The notes beneath the pieces are model-generated. The model saw nothing but the letters and a program-made list of their open reading frames with translations, was not told the origin of the DNA and did no database searches. Below are positions 16,857 to 26,093 of a stretch of DNA of 46,182 nt, one piece after another. Both the position numbers and the translations under genes were made by a program. This stretch comes from a virus (lineage: Duplodnaviria; Caudoviricetes). The stretch is from positions 1-46,182 of the IMG/VR virus record IMGVR_UViG_3300011438_000016; one strand, 5' to 3'. Within the stretch, counting starts at the first letter, position 1. Every line of letters starts with the position of its first letter.

Positions 16857-17085
16857 AATCGTGCGTACGTGGACAGAGCTGAGTGAAGAGGTCCAAGGTC
16901 TCCGGGATTTCTATAAGCAAGCGCTCGAAGCTGCGGAAGATCTGTGTGTAGCGGCTGATATGCGGGACGAGACTCTGTTAAGCATAGTCCTAGAACGCCA
17001 TGCGAACCTGAAGACACACGAAGCTTTTAAGGTATCGAAAGAGATGTTTAGCACGATCCAAGAGGCTCCTAGCCATGTCAATTAA
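16834..17085 (+). CDS. Hypothetical protein
   Basis: GGAGG RBS. Confidence 0.6.
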   Translation: MPQSPLPKIVRTWTELSEEVQGLRDFYKQALEAAEDLCVAADMRDETLLSIVLERHANLKTHEAFKVSKEMFSTIQEAPSHVN

Positions 17086-17341
17086 GCAAGAGAAGGTTAC
17101 GGAGGTACGGGTCGTAGCCATCATCTCGCGGCTGGTGTGCGATGCCTGTGGCGCGGTGATGGAGGAGAAGACCACTAAGACCGGGTACGCATCAGAGGAG
17201 GATACGTTTGACGTGTGCTTCGAGCTTAACCGCGGGTGGGTTGAGATAGTTAAGGGTCAGTACGGCAATCGGACTAAGAATCACGCTTGCGGGAAATGCC
17301 TCGATACTAGGGTTGGGGCTTTGCTGGGGGCGGCGACATGA
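17075..17341 (+). CDS. Zn-ribbon protein
   Basis: CDAC ... HACGKC. Confidence 0.65.
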   Translation: MSIKQEKVTEVRVVAIISRLVCDACGAVMEEKTTKTGYASEEDTFDVCFELNRGWVEIVKGQYGNRTKNHACGKCLDTRVGALLGAAT

Positions 17342-17483
17342 CACCTAAATACGGACGTGGGGGACGGAAGCGTAGGAATCGACGGGCTAGGAGGTGTCCC
17401 CACTCTCATACCCCGAACGCTAAGACTGTGGAGAGTGTACTTAACGCCGAGTTCGGTCCAGCAATGACGTACGAGGAGTACCT

Positions 17484-17792
17484 ATGTCTCCCCAAGAAGT
17501 AGGCGATTGCTGCGGTACCCAAGCTACCCATGAAGGAGAGCTGGAGGTGCTGAGGGCGGAGATCGCGGATCTACAAAGGAGCGTGGAGCAAGCGTGGGCA
17601 TTCTACCAAGACACGGCGCATCTGATGTTTGAGGCCGACGATGAGCGACGGTCCATAGAGCGCCTCTACGCTAGGGCCATTGACGCGCAGGTAACGCTGG
17701 AGAAGACCCTGGACCACGTAAGGGCAGAGTCAGCGCGGCAGACGGAGGAGATCAGGGCTCTAAGGCAGACAGTGGGGGCCTTCTACAAATGA
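17484..17792 (+). CDS. Coiled-coil hypothetical protein
   Basis: Heptad pattern, GAGGAG RBS. Confidence 0.6.
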   Translation: MSPQEVGDCCGTQATHEGELEVLRAEIADLQRSVEQAWAFYQDTAHLMFEADDERRSIERLYARAIDAQVTLEKTLDHVRAESARQTEEIRALRQTVGAFYK

Positions 17793-17937
17793 TCTATACA
17801 CTCGCTAATGTCGCCTATTCCCTCGCTCTGATGGCAATTGTTATACTTAACATCATAGGCATACAAGAGTCTAAGACTGTGGTCGAGACTTTCTTTAGGA
17901 TCATTGTGTTATTGATTGTTATAGGATTGGTGCTGCG

Positions 17938-18129
17938 ATGAGACTTAGCAATAGTGCTTTAATCAAAGACGCGGTGGAGCGCGGGGCTGATGTGGAGATC
18001 TATAAGACATCTGAGTGTTGGGTAGCCCGTGTTTGCTATGGCGAAAATGGGGATGGATTTAACTATGCCTACCTAGAAGACGACGTATTCGTAGGCGTCT
18101 TGGCTCAATTGCTGGAGATCATGGAATGA
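17938..18129 (+). CDS. Hypothetical protein
   Basis: Operon context. Confidence 0.55.
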   Translation: MRLSNSALIKDAVERGADVEIYKTSECWVARVCYGENGDGFNYAYLEDDVFVGVLAQLLEIME

Positions 18130-18338
18130 AGAATAAACCTAGTGATGAGTTGATGGAGGTCTTGTTTTTGCTCGGGTCCGATGAACTCAAGGGCGCCCAT
18201 GTTCTTAGTCAGCTTAGTCTAGCTTTCATTAGAATCGCGGCGAATAAGATGGGCGTTGGCCTGGATACCTACGATATTAAAGAGGCCTGGGACATCATCG
18301 GCTATGCGGCGGATCTGGCTAAGGCGGAGGGATGGTAA
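18126..18338 (+). CDS. Hypothetical protein
   Basis: ATGA coupling. Confidence 0.55.
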   Translation: MKNKPSDELMEVLFLLGSDELKGAHVLSQLSLAFIRIAANKMGVGLDTYDIKEAWDIIGYAADLAKAEGW

Positions 18339-18577
18339 CTAGGACCTATTGCTGGCGGCGGACTAATAATAACCAGTATCCGCATCCTCGCTCGGGGGAA
18401 GGCGAGGCTAGCAATGTTCTAGATGTATTTAAGGACGTTGATTTTAGATATTGGCCTGAAAGTCGTTTTGAGGTTTGGCCTAAGGCTTGCCCCGACGACA
18501 AAATGAAGGTCTGCGCTGTTATCAATTCACCTAAGGGCTTTGCAGTCTGGGATAGCCGAGGACAGCTTTACCCATGA
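18332..18577 (+). CDS. Hypothetical protein
   Basis: Overlaps neighbours, coupled to polymerase start. Confidence 0.55.
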   Translation: MVTRTYCWRRTNNNQYPHPRSGEGEASNVLDVFKDVDFRYWPESRFEVWPKACPDDKMKVCAVINSPKGFAVWDSRGQLYP

Positions 18578-20556
18578 GATATATAGCATGTGACAGCGAA
18601 ACGCACTTAATCTCCCCCGGCAACCTCGCTCCGCGCCCCGTCGTCTTCTCGTGGTATCAGTCCCCGGATAACTGGGCTTCTAGGACTCCTCCGTCTGGCC
18701 TCATGCTCCCCGATGCGGCGATGAACTGGTTTATGGAGATCCTCCGCGACCAGAACCTTACTATCCTGACCGTCAACGGCCCTTATGACATGGCAGTGGC
18801 GTGTAACTATGACCAGCGTCTGTATCCCCTCGTCTTCCAGGCGTACGAGGAAGGCCGGATCGTCTGCGTCCAAACCTTACAGAAACTGATCGACATATCC
18901 CAGGGGACACGGGAGCGACCTCGCCAAGATGGCACTGTGGGCTACTCGCTGGCTACTCTGGTCCGGCACTATAAGGGCATCGATAGGACCCAGGACAAAG
19001 AGGGCGAGAAGTCCTGGCGGCTGCGCTACGCCGAGCTGGACGGGGTACCTCTGGAGCAGTGGCCTAAAGAGGCAGTGTCCTACGCTGAGAATGACGCGAT
19101 GGACACCTGGGACGTGTACCACCAACAGCGGCGCACCTACGGTATCATGCCCTCGGAGACTGAGCAGTACAGGGCGGCGTTCGCGTTGCACCTGATGAGC
19201 TGCCAGGGGATCCGGACTGACGGGGCTAAGGTCGCAGCGCTTAAGGAGCGGCTCCTGCGGGACCGTGTAGCTAACCGCGCTATGGCCCAGGCGGCGGGAT
19301 TCCTCAAGCTGACCCCGTGCAAGCCAGACGAGGAGGCGGAGGCTCTGGTGCCTTATAAGCGCGGGGACGGGCAGCGGAAGATGCGGTGGGGTAGGGACAT
19401 GACCGCTATTAAGAATCGGGTCCGTGTCGCCTACGCTGCTTTGGGTAAAGAGGTGCCGCAGACTGAGGGCGGGGGAGTCTCGACTGACGCGGATACCCTG
19501 GATAGGTCCCTGGACCCAGCACTGCGAGCCCTGGCTGCCTCGGGGACCACGGAGAAGCTCCTGTCTACGTACATCCCCGCCTTGGAGCAGGGTGTCAATA
19601 CTAAGGTCAATACACGCTTTAACGTTCTGGTGGACAATGGCCGCACTAGCTCCCATAAAGACAAGGCGACCGGCGCTGGGTTCAATTTCCAGAACTTCCC
19701 CCGACCTAACGAGCTGGATGCCAATGCCGGGGTTAACTTCGTCCGGCCTTGCATCGTTCCGACCGAGGGTACCTACTTCTGCTCTATCGACCTGGATGCC
19801 GGCGAGCTGCGGAGCCTAGCTCAAGTGCAGCTATACCTCTTCGGTAAGTCCAAGCTGGCCGATGTTCTCAACGCTGGCCGGGACCCGCATCTTGAGTTCG
19901 CGGCGGATTTGCTCTCCATCACCTACGAGGAAGCGCTGGCCAATAAGAAGCGCCCTGATGTCAAGAAGGCGCGGCAGTACGGGAAGATCTTTAACTTCGG
20001 GAAGCCGGGGGGCTTGGGTATCGCGTCCATGGTGGACTTCGCCCGCACTAACTACGGCGTGGACATGTCTACTGAGGAAGCTGAGCGCCTGACTCGGAAA
20101 TGGGAGCGCACCTACCCTGAAATGCGCCGCTACTTGGATTACATTAGCAGACTTGTGGGCGAAGGTGGCGCTAGAATCAAGTCCTTCGGCTCAGGGATGC
20201 TCCGCGGCGACGTGGGTTACACGGATGCAGCGAACCATTTCTTCTCTAACCTCATTGCTCAGGGCGTCAAGGATGCCTGCTTCTACATCGCCTGGGAGTG
20301 CTACGTGGACAAGGGTACTCCGCTCTACGGCGCTCGTCAGGTAGCGATGATCCACGACGAAACGATCCTCGAGCTGCCTAAAGTCACGGCCCATGAGGCT
20401 GCGCACCGGGCGGCGGAGTTATTCCGGGAGCATGTCCAGCTACGGATGCCTGATGTAAAGGTTACAGCGAGCCCGGCCCTGATGGACTGCTGGCTGAAAG
20501 ACGCTGCGCCTGTCTACGTAGAAGGAAGACTTGTTCCCTGGCAACCAGTGTGTTAA
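18574..20556 (+). CDS. polA: Family A DNA polymerase with 3'-5' exonuclease
   Basis: ExoI CDSET, ExoIII YAENDA, NGRTSS, NFQNFP, motif A DLDAGELR, motif B RQYGKIFNFG, motif C IHDE. Confidence 0.95.
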   Translation: MRYIACDSETHLISPGNLAPRPVVFSWYQSPDNWASRTPPSGLMLPDAAMNWFMEILRDQNLTILTVNGPYDMAVACNYDQRLYPLVFQAYEEGRIVCVQTLQKLIDISQGTRERPRQDGTVGYSLATLVRHYKGIDRTQDKEGEKSWRLRYAELDGVPLEQWPKEAVSYAENDAMDTWDVYHQQRRTYGIMPSETEQYRAAFALHLMSCQGIRTDGAKVAALKERLLRDRVANRAMAQAAGFLKLTPCKPDEEAEALVPYKRGDGQRKMRWGRDMTAIKNRVRVAYAALGKEVPQTEGGGVSTDADTLDRSLDPALRALAASGTTEKLLSTYIPALEQGVNTKVNTRFNVLVDNGRTSSHKDKATGAGFNFQNFPRPNELDANAGVNFVRPCIVPTEGTYFCSIDLDAGELRSLAQVQLYLFGKSKLADVLNAGRDPHLEFAADLLSITYEEALANKKRPDVKKARQYGKIFNFGKPGGLGIASMVDFARTNYGVDMSTEEAERLTRKWERTYPEMRRYLDYISRLVGEGGARIKSFGSGMLRGDVGYTDAANHFFSNLIAQGVKDACFYIAWECYVDKGTPLYGARQVAMIHDETILELPKVTAHEAAHRAAELFREHVQLRMPDVKVTASPALMDCWLKDAAPVYVEGRLVPWQPVC

Positions 20557-20559
20557 GGT
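20531..20559 (+). promoter_or_regulatory. sigma70 promoter overlapping polA stop
   Basis: TTGTTC-17 nt-TAAGGT, extended TG; ATG 9 nt downstream. Confidence 0.6.
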
Positions 20560-20568
20560 ACTAAGACA

Positions 20569-20763
20569 ATGACCCCGACGAAAACATACCTCGCTACCCT
20601 CCGCCAAGAAGCTGAGTTGGCCGCCTCTAAGAAAGAGCGCTGTGTAATTAAAGCTGAGTACCTCTTGGAACTCCTGGACCTAATCGAGGGGTACGAGGAC
20701 GAGGTTGGAGAATTGTTGACTGAGATGAAGATTCTGGAGCGCGGAGGTAGTGACGATGAGTGA
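20569..20763 (+). CDS. Hypothetical protein
   Basis: ORF after promoter. Confidence 0.6.
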   Translation: MTPTKTYLATLRQEAELAASKKERCVIKAEYLLELLDLIEGYEDEVGELLTEMKILERGGSDDE

Positions 20764-20935
20764 CGATATCAACCAGGACGTAGAGGCGCAGATCGAAGCG
20801 CAGGGTATGGCGGCTTATAAGGTCTCCGACGGCGAGGTCTTCGTATTTACCAAGGAGATCCTGGCCAGTTTCCTTGAGGCATCGCAGGAGAGCGGCCGGG
20901 TCATTGTATTCATTAAGACGAGGCCTACAGCGTGA
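20750..20935 (+). CDS. Hypothetical protein
   Basis: GGAGG RBS, overlaps neighbours. Confidence 0.6.
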   Translation: MTMSDDINQDVEAQIEAQGMAAYKVSDGEVFVFTKEILASFLEASQESGRVIVFIKTRPTA

Positions 20936-21282
20936 CTATTGACGAGGTCCTGGCAGAGTTTAAGATTAAGCCCGAGGATGTAATGTGCGGGGCGCATTGT
21001 GGCGACGGCTGGGCTCCGATAGTTCGGGACCTCTTCCACGATCTTATTTCCTTGGGCTGGGACCGGGACCTGCACCAGGTTAAAGAGAAATTTGGAAAGT
21101 TGAGGGTGTATGTAGGCGTAGCTACTGATGAAATCTACGAACGCATTAGGCAGGCGGAGATCGCGTCTTCTCATCTCTGCGAGGACTGCGGAAATATTGG
21201 CTGGAATAATAACTGGGACGGCTTTTGGTTCAGGACTCTGTGCGCTGAGTGTGGTGAGAAATGGGTTACCAAGTTCTCGTAG
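20932..21282 (+). CDS. Conserved phage protein with C-terminal Zn finger
   Basis: CGDGW, QVKEKFGKLRVY, CEDCG...TLCAEC. Confidence 0.8.
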   Translation: MTIDEVLAEFKIKPEDVMCGAHCGDGWAPIVRDLFHDLISLGWDRDLHQVKEKFGKLRVYVGVATDEIYERIRQAEIASSHLCEDCGNIGWNNNWDGFWFRTLCAECGEKWVTKFS

Positions 21283-21737
21283 CAGATCCAGGCGTCAGAG
21301 CCTGCGGCGTTAGTATCTGGGTTGATGGAACCCTAACCTTAGCTTGCTTGGTGTCTAATCCCGTAAACAAGGGCGGAGGCCCTGAGGCTTGGATAGCTAT
21401 GGCTAGGGCTGTGCAGGCTATTTATCCCCTAGGCCTCGATACGCTGGTGGTAGAGTTGCAGCAAAAGGATCATCGCGCTTTCTTCGCAGATGACCTCTTC
21501 GACGTTGCCGGAGTTACGGGGGCATTGGTAGGCGCGTACGACACAGGGGCTAAGCGCTTCGTAGGTTATAAGCCTCGTACTTGGTCTAAGGTTCCCAAGA
21601 CTCTAAGGCACGCTAGACTTTTGGAATCGGATGTGCTAAGTAAAGCAGAGTGGAGCCGGGTCGAGACTAAGAATCACAACGTGCTGGATGCTATCTGCCT
21701 AGGGCTGTACCACCTGAGAGAGACACGACAAAGGTAG
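21261..21737 (+). CDS. RuvC-like Holliday junction resolvase
   Basis: VLVADPG, VVE, PRTW, HNVLDAICLG. Confidence 0.75.
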   Translation: MGYQVLVADPGVRACGVSIWVDGTLTLACLVSNPVNKGGGPEAWIAMARAVQAIYPLGLDTLVVELQQKDHRAFFADDLFDVAGVTGALVGAYDTGAKRFVGYKPRTWSKVPKTLRHARLLESDVLSKAEWSRVETKNHNVLDAICLGLYHLRETRQR

Positions 21738-21748
21738 GAGTTTCAAAC

Positions 21749-22063
21749 ATGTTTCAAACAACTATCGAACACGACCTTCACACCCTCGCCGAAGTTCAGA
21801 GGGAGATGGAAAGGCAGATCGAACTATGGGGCGTACAGCATCACCCATCGGGGACCGGATATGCTCTTAGCGCATCTACTCTTGAATTTGCACGAGATAA
21901 TTTTGCCAAGTGCCAGAAGATTGGACTCCTTACTTGGCATGAAATTCTCGAAGAGGAAGTTCACGAGGCGTATGTGGAAACTGATCCGCAAAAGCTTCGC
22001 ACTGAGCTTATCCAGGTGGCTGCGGTCGCCTTGAGCTGGGTGAGGGACTTGGATACCAAATGA
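21749..22063 (+). CDS. MazG-like all-alpha NTP pyrophosphohydrolase
   Basis: ILEEEVHEA, LRTELIQVAAVA. Confidence 0.75.
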   Translation: MFQTTIEHDLHTLAEVQREMERQIELWGVQHHPSGTGYALSASTLEFARDNFAKCQKIGLLTWHEILEEEVHEAYVETDPQKLRTELIQVAAVALSWVRDLDTK

Positions 22064-22148
22064 TCCTCCCTATTCTAATCGGCGCGTATGCCTTCGCTCT
22101 CCTGGTCGTAGTCCCGCTGGGATTCTGGTTTACGGGGAGGATTGACGG

Positions 22149-22373
22149 ATGAGAACAATCGAAGGGTCTGTGTACGTCAGAAAATCCAGCTTCCGGGACC
22201 GGGCTAGGCTGGCTTTGCACAGCGACTCGACCTCAGGGGCTAGGTTCTACGCATACCTAACTCCTAAGCAGCTGCGTCGCTTAGCAGCGATGCTAACAAA
22301 TGTCGCAAGGAGGCTAGAGAAGAAGCGCCTCCACGAGTCCATAAAGGCTTGGGGCAAACGAGGCAAACGATGA
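22149..22373 (+). CDS. Hypothetical protein
   Basis: GGAGG RBS. Confidence 0.55.
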   Translation: MRTIEGSVYVRKSSFRDRARLALHSDSTSGARFYAYLTPKQLRRLAAMLTNVARRLEKKRLHESIKAWGKRGKR

Positions 22374-22567
22374 AACTCAAAGCATGGCCCATCGTATCCG
22401 ATGCAGTAGAGCGCGGGGTCTCCTACGGCTACCGACGTGCCTATAAGTACACAGAGACTCCCTCGGAAGACGACATCCGGGAGGCTATAGAGCAAGGTGT
22501 AATGTCGGAGTTGGCAGAGATTATTAATTTTGATGAGGAGGACGTCGAATGCAAACCTACACAGTAA
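22370..22567 (+). CDS. Conserved phage hypothetical protein
   Basis: AVERGVSYGYRRAYK motif; ATGA coupling. Confidence 0.65.
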   Translation: MKLKAWPIVSDAVERGVSYGYRRAYKYTETPSEDDIREAIEQGVMSELAEIINFDEEDVECKPTQ

Positions 22568-22700
22568 CCCACACCCGCCCTGTCCGTAATAGCCCTAAAC
22601 TCCAGCCTCTGGGGTCTTGGACTGTCGTCGCGCTGACCTGGCAAGAGGCGGTAATCGAGGCTCACCGGGGCATTCCGGCAGAGGACGGGGATGTGTTGGT

Positions 22701-22904
22701 ATGGCGCTCCTAGACGAAGGCCTCCTGAGCGTTAGGTCAGCGGCGGAATGGCTCGACGTGTCCCCTTCTACGATCTGGCGCATGATGGACGGGGGCGAGG
22801 TGCCATTCGTCTACGCTCCTGGTCGCGGTAGCCTGGCTAGACGGATACCCAAGCGTGCATTGATGGACTGGGCTGAGCGGCGGCTCCTGGGGGCTGGGGT
22901 ATGA
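22701..22904 (+). CDS. xis: Excisionase-like HTH protein
   Basis: LLSVRSAAEWLDVSPSTIWRMMDGGEVP...RRIPKRALMDW; upstream of integrase. Confidence 0.82.
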   Translation: MALLDEGLLSVRSAAEWLDVSPSTIWRMMDGGEVPFVYAPGRGSLARRIPKRALMDWAERRLLGAGV

Positions 22905-23139
22905 GTAGACTAGGTCAGGCGTTCAAAGCGTTCTGGTACGTGCTTAGAAACAAGCCCTTTACGTATTATAGCTATAGGACTTTCGATGGCGACCAGTGAC
23001 CCCGCTACCGACTACTGGCCCAAGGCCTGGGTTAAGTGCCCGATCTGCGGCTTCCTAGTACCTGGAGGCCTTTGCTCTAAGGATATAAAGGGCTGTGCCA
23101 AGAGGACCGTGGAGTCTATAAAAATTCGTCTCGAGGCTC

Positions 23140-23168
23140 TTGACCACCTAAGCCGATATCGCTAAGCT
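23140..23168 (+). promoter_or_regulatory. sigma70 promoter, leaderless (integrase)
   Basis: TTGACC-17 nt-TAAGCT, ATG 7 nt downstream, no RBS. Confidence 0.75.
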
Positions 23169-23175
23169 GTGTTAC

Positions 23176-24315
23176 ATGGCAAAGCGAAGAGAGCACGGCG
23201 AAGGCAGCATCTTTTACGACGAAACCAAGCAGCTTTGGGTAGGCACTGTAAGCTTCGGTACGGATGGGGCAGGGAAGCGTCGTCGTACTACGGTCTACGC
23301 TAAGACCAAGCCCGAAGTCGTCGTTAAGATGCGGGAGGCTAAGCCCCCGGAGTCCAAAGACGCCGCTACTAAGGTAGCCGACGCTAGCCAGCTCACCAAG
23401 GATTACCTGGCGTTCTGGCTGGAGGCTATCAAGGCGGCGGGGTGTGCGCTGAGTACCCATGAGTCCTACGAAAGGACCTGCGTACTCCATATTATCCCCC
23501 ATCTCGGATTAGTGCCCTTGGACACAATGACGGCATATCACGGGCATCAGCTCTTCGCCGCGCTGACTAAAGACGGGGCTACTGCGTACACCCAGCGCTA
23601 CGCTCACCGGGTCCTCCGCTCCGCCCTATCCTACGCTGTGTTCCCGCTCAAGGCCCTGCCCGCTAATCCTCTATTTGGTATTAAAGGCCCTAGTCACACA
23701 CCTAAGAAATTTACGACCTGGACCGTCGAGCAATGCGAGCAATTCCTTAAGGCTACCGTGGACGATAATTACTATGTGGCCTACGTGTTGGATATAGATA
23801 TGGGAATCCGCGGCGGCGAGACCCTAGGGCTCCACTGGACCGACTTTGACCTAGCGGCGGGGACTATGCACATCCAGGCTACCTTGAATCTGTACAAAGG
23901 ACGTATCATTGGCCGCGGTAAGCCTAAGACCAAGTCCTCAAACCGCGTTATTCCCCTGACCCCGCGGGCTCTCCAGGCTCTACGCCGCCAAAGGGCCAAG
24001 CTCCTCGAGCGGGGGCTGGCGGCGACGCTCTGGGTAGTGCCCACAGTGCGCGGCGGGCCGGTGAATAGGTCCAATTTCCGCCGCGTGTACAAGACTGCCG
24101 TAGAGCGCTGCGGGTTGCCATACATTCGGCCCCACGACATGCGCCACACCAACGCGACGATCCTGATTCAAAACGGCGTCGGGGCCAAGGATGTAGCCGA
24201 GCGTCTGGGGCACTCCTCGGTTACTACTACCCTCCAGACCTACGTACACAGCGATCTGGAGCAGCAGCGCAAGGTGACGGAGCGTTTCAGCAAGATCATG
24301 AAGGGGGAAGAATGA
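23176..24315 (+). CDS. int: Tyrosine integrase
   Basis: N-terminal arm-binding GEGSIFY; GIRGGETLGLHW, KPKTKSS, HDMRHT, RLGHSS...TY. Confidence 0.96.
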   Translation: MAKRREHGEGSIFYDETKQLWVGTVSFGTDGAGKRRRTTVYAKTKPEVVVKMREAKPPESKDAATKVADASQLTKDYLAFWLEAIKAAGCALSTHESYERTCVLHIIPHLGLVPLDTMTAYHGHQLFAALTKDGATAYTQRYAHRVLRSALSYAVFPLKALPANPLFGIKGPSHTPKKFTTWTVEQCEQFLKATVDDNYYVAYVLDIDMGIRGGETLGLHWTDFDLAAGTMHIQATLNLYKGRIIGRGKPKTKSSNRVIPLTPRALQALRRQRAKLLERGLAATLWVVPTVRGGPVNRSNFRRVYKTAVERCGLPYIRPHDMRHTNATILIQNGVGAKDVAERLGHSSVTTTLQTYVHSDLEQQRKVTERFSKIMKGEE

Positions 24316-24512
24316 AGATGATCGTGGATGGGGGCTTAGTTCCTGGGACCTGGGTCCGTGCGCATCCAGTGTACCGAGAACTGAGGGCAGTATTGAAGGA
24401 AATTGAGTGGTCTGGTTCGGGAGGCGCAGAGCGATGTCCCATGTGTCGTAAGGACAAAATCTTCGACCATACCCCCGACTGCCGTCTAGCGAAGTACCTG
24501 GAGGAAACTTGA
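24312..24512 (+). CDS. Small Cys/His (Zn-binding) protein
   Basis: LKEIEW...CPMC...HTPDCRLA; paralogous to C-terminus of the 25755 ORF. Confidence 0.65.
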   Translation: MKMIVDGGLVPGTWVRAHPVYRELRAVLKEIEWSGSGGAERCPMCRKDKIFDHTPDCRLAKYLEET

Positions 24513-24838
24513 GCGAGCACACGAAAGAACCTTGGTCGTTCCGACGCAACGAACACGCGCCCCGAGACACCCGGATCCTCGGCATGGACTCCGTTGTTAC
24601 GGGTGGGACCTTCGAACGAGTCATAGCTCTATTGCAGACCGGAGCCTATACCGAAGCTAACGCCCGGCGCATCGTCGCTTGCGTCAATGCTTGCGAAGGG
24701 CTGAGTACAGAGGCTCTCGAGAGCGGGGCATTGCGCAAAGTGATTGAGACCTATCAGGACACGCGAGTCTTTCCCCCGCGGGCATCGCAGCTCGCATTGC
24801 TCGAAGCGTTCAAGAAACTGGAAGGCAATGATGACTGA
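24509..24838 (+). CDS. HTKEPW...NARRIVACVNAC family protein
   Basis: Paralogue of 31383 and 3017 ORFs; GGAGG RBS. Confidence 0.75.
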   Translation: MSEHTKEPWSFRRNEHAPRDTRILGMDSVVTGGTFERVIALLQTGAYTEANARRIVACVNACEGLSTEALESGALRKVIETYQDTRVFPPRASQLALLEAFKKLEGNDD

Positions 24839-25379
24839 GTGCCACGCAATCATAAATTCCGAGGTAGGCCGGGCAGTCCGTAAGTACCCTACGTGGGCTA
24901 AGTACGCGCAAGACCTGTACCAAGACGCTTGGGTCGCGGTGCTCCGTAACCCGGCCATTGCAACCCAGGCGGATCCGGGGGCGTATATCCGGGTCTCGGC
25001 GCGGCACGCCATTATCCAGAGGGCTCTGGCCTACCAGGGTGTCCACGTACGCAGCGGGCGGAGCCTCGTTATGTCAACGGATTATGATATCACTTGGACG
25101 CCGGCTAACGACGACCGCGTGTCCCAATACCTGGATGCCGATGAGCTAAAGCATATGAAGCAGCGAAAAGAGGGGCGCCTGAGAAGCCTGGCTGTTAAGA
25201 TTGCTAAGCATAATAGGGTTAAGTCCGTAGAGCATCGCATGGAAACGCTGGAAATGTACTACAGATACCAGACCTCAGGGGAGCGCATGGAAGACATAGC
25301 CAAGGCCTACGGTATCTCTAAGCAAGCGGTGTCGCTGCGGCTGGCTGTGGCGGCTAGGGACCTCGGGGAGGCTGCGTGA
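24831..25379 (+). CDS. Phage sigma70-family factor-like protein
   Basis: Region 2-like QDLYQDAWVAVL...AYIRVSARHAI and region 4 HTH MEDIAKAYGISKQAVS. Confidence 0.65.
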   Translation: MTECHAIINSEVGRAVRKYPTWAKYAQDLYQDAWVAVLRNPAIATQADPGAYIRVSARHAIIQRALAYQGVHVRSGRSLVMSTDYDITWTPANDDRVSQYLDADELKHMKQRKEGRLRSLAVKIAKHNRVKSVEHRMETLEMYYRYQTSGERMEDIAKAYGISKQAVSLRLAVAARDLGEAA

Positions 25380-25606
25380 CTGACTGGGAGACGATGGCTC
25401 ACGAGCTGTACGCCTTTATCATTAGGCACTGTTCCCCTAGTGGCATGACGCCTCCGGAGGCGTTGACTGTGTTAAGGAAATATGAGAAGATGCGGAGAGA
25501 AAATGCCTGACCCATCTACAGCCCAGGGGCGCTTGGCCATTATACTCAACGCCATTATTACCGTGGGCATAATTACGTGGTGCTATGTGTGGCACAGGGA
25601 ATCAAA

Positions 25607-25768
25607 ATGAATAAAGTAATCACGGTAGCACTAGTTATTATGGCGACAGCGTGCGGTTATGACAATGATGTGGTCACTGTGGAGGCGCCGGAGCTGTGTA
25701 AGCCTGGGCACAAGAAGGACGCGGGTGTAGAGGACGTGGACGCAGGGGTAACCGATGGATGCCTCTGA
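25607..25768 (+). CDS. Small lipoprotein with DAG repeats
   Basis: MNKVITVALVIMATA-C lipobox; DAGV twice. Confidence 0.65.
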   Translation: MNKVITVALVIMATACGYDNDVVTVEAPELCKPGHKKDAGVEDVDAGVTDGCL

Positions 25769-26093
25769 TCAAATCGAAAAACTGGAGATGCGCTTAGCGA
25801 AGTCAGAACAAGCCCTTCGGGATATGTGGGAGAGGGCTAAGCAAGCCGAGCGATGGTGCGATGCCTGGGCAGAGAAAGCCGCGGAAGCCGGGCAGTACGA
25901 GGCTCTCAATAAAGCCCTAGGGGATCGGCTTGGGGTCTATATGACTAGGCTCGCTGAGGCCCGAGAGGTGCTGAAGGAGATCGAGGCTGACTCGTGGAAC
26001 TGCCCTATGCTCGGGTGTCCGATGGAGCGAGACCGCTTTGCTCATGATGCGGATTGCAAGCTGGCTAAGTGCCTCGAGGGCGTAAATGATTAG
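25755..26093 (+). CDS. Coiled-coil protein with C-terminal Cys/His motif
   Basis: LKEIE...CPM...HDADCKLAKCLE. Confidence 0.65.
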   Translation: MDASDQIEKLEMRLAKSEQALRDMWERAKQAERWCDAWAEKAAEAGQYEALNKALGDRLGVYMTRLAEAREVLKEIEADSWNCPMLGCPMERDRFAHDADCKLAKCLEGVND

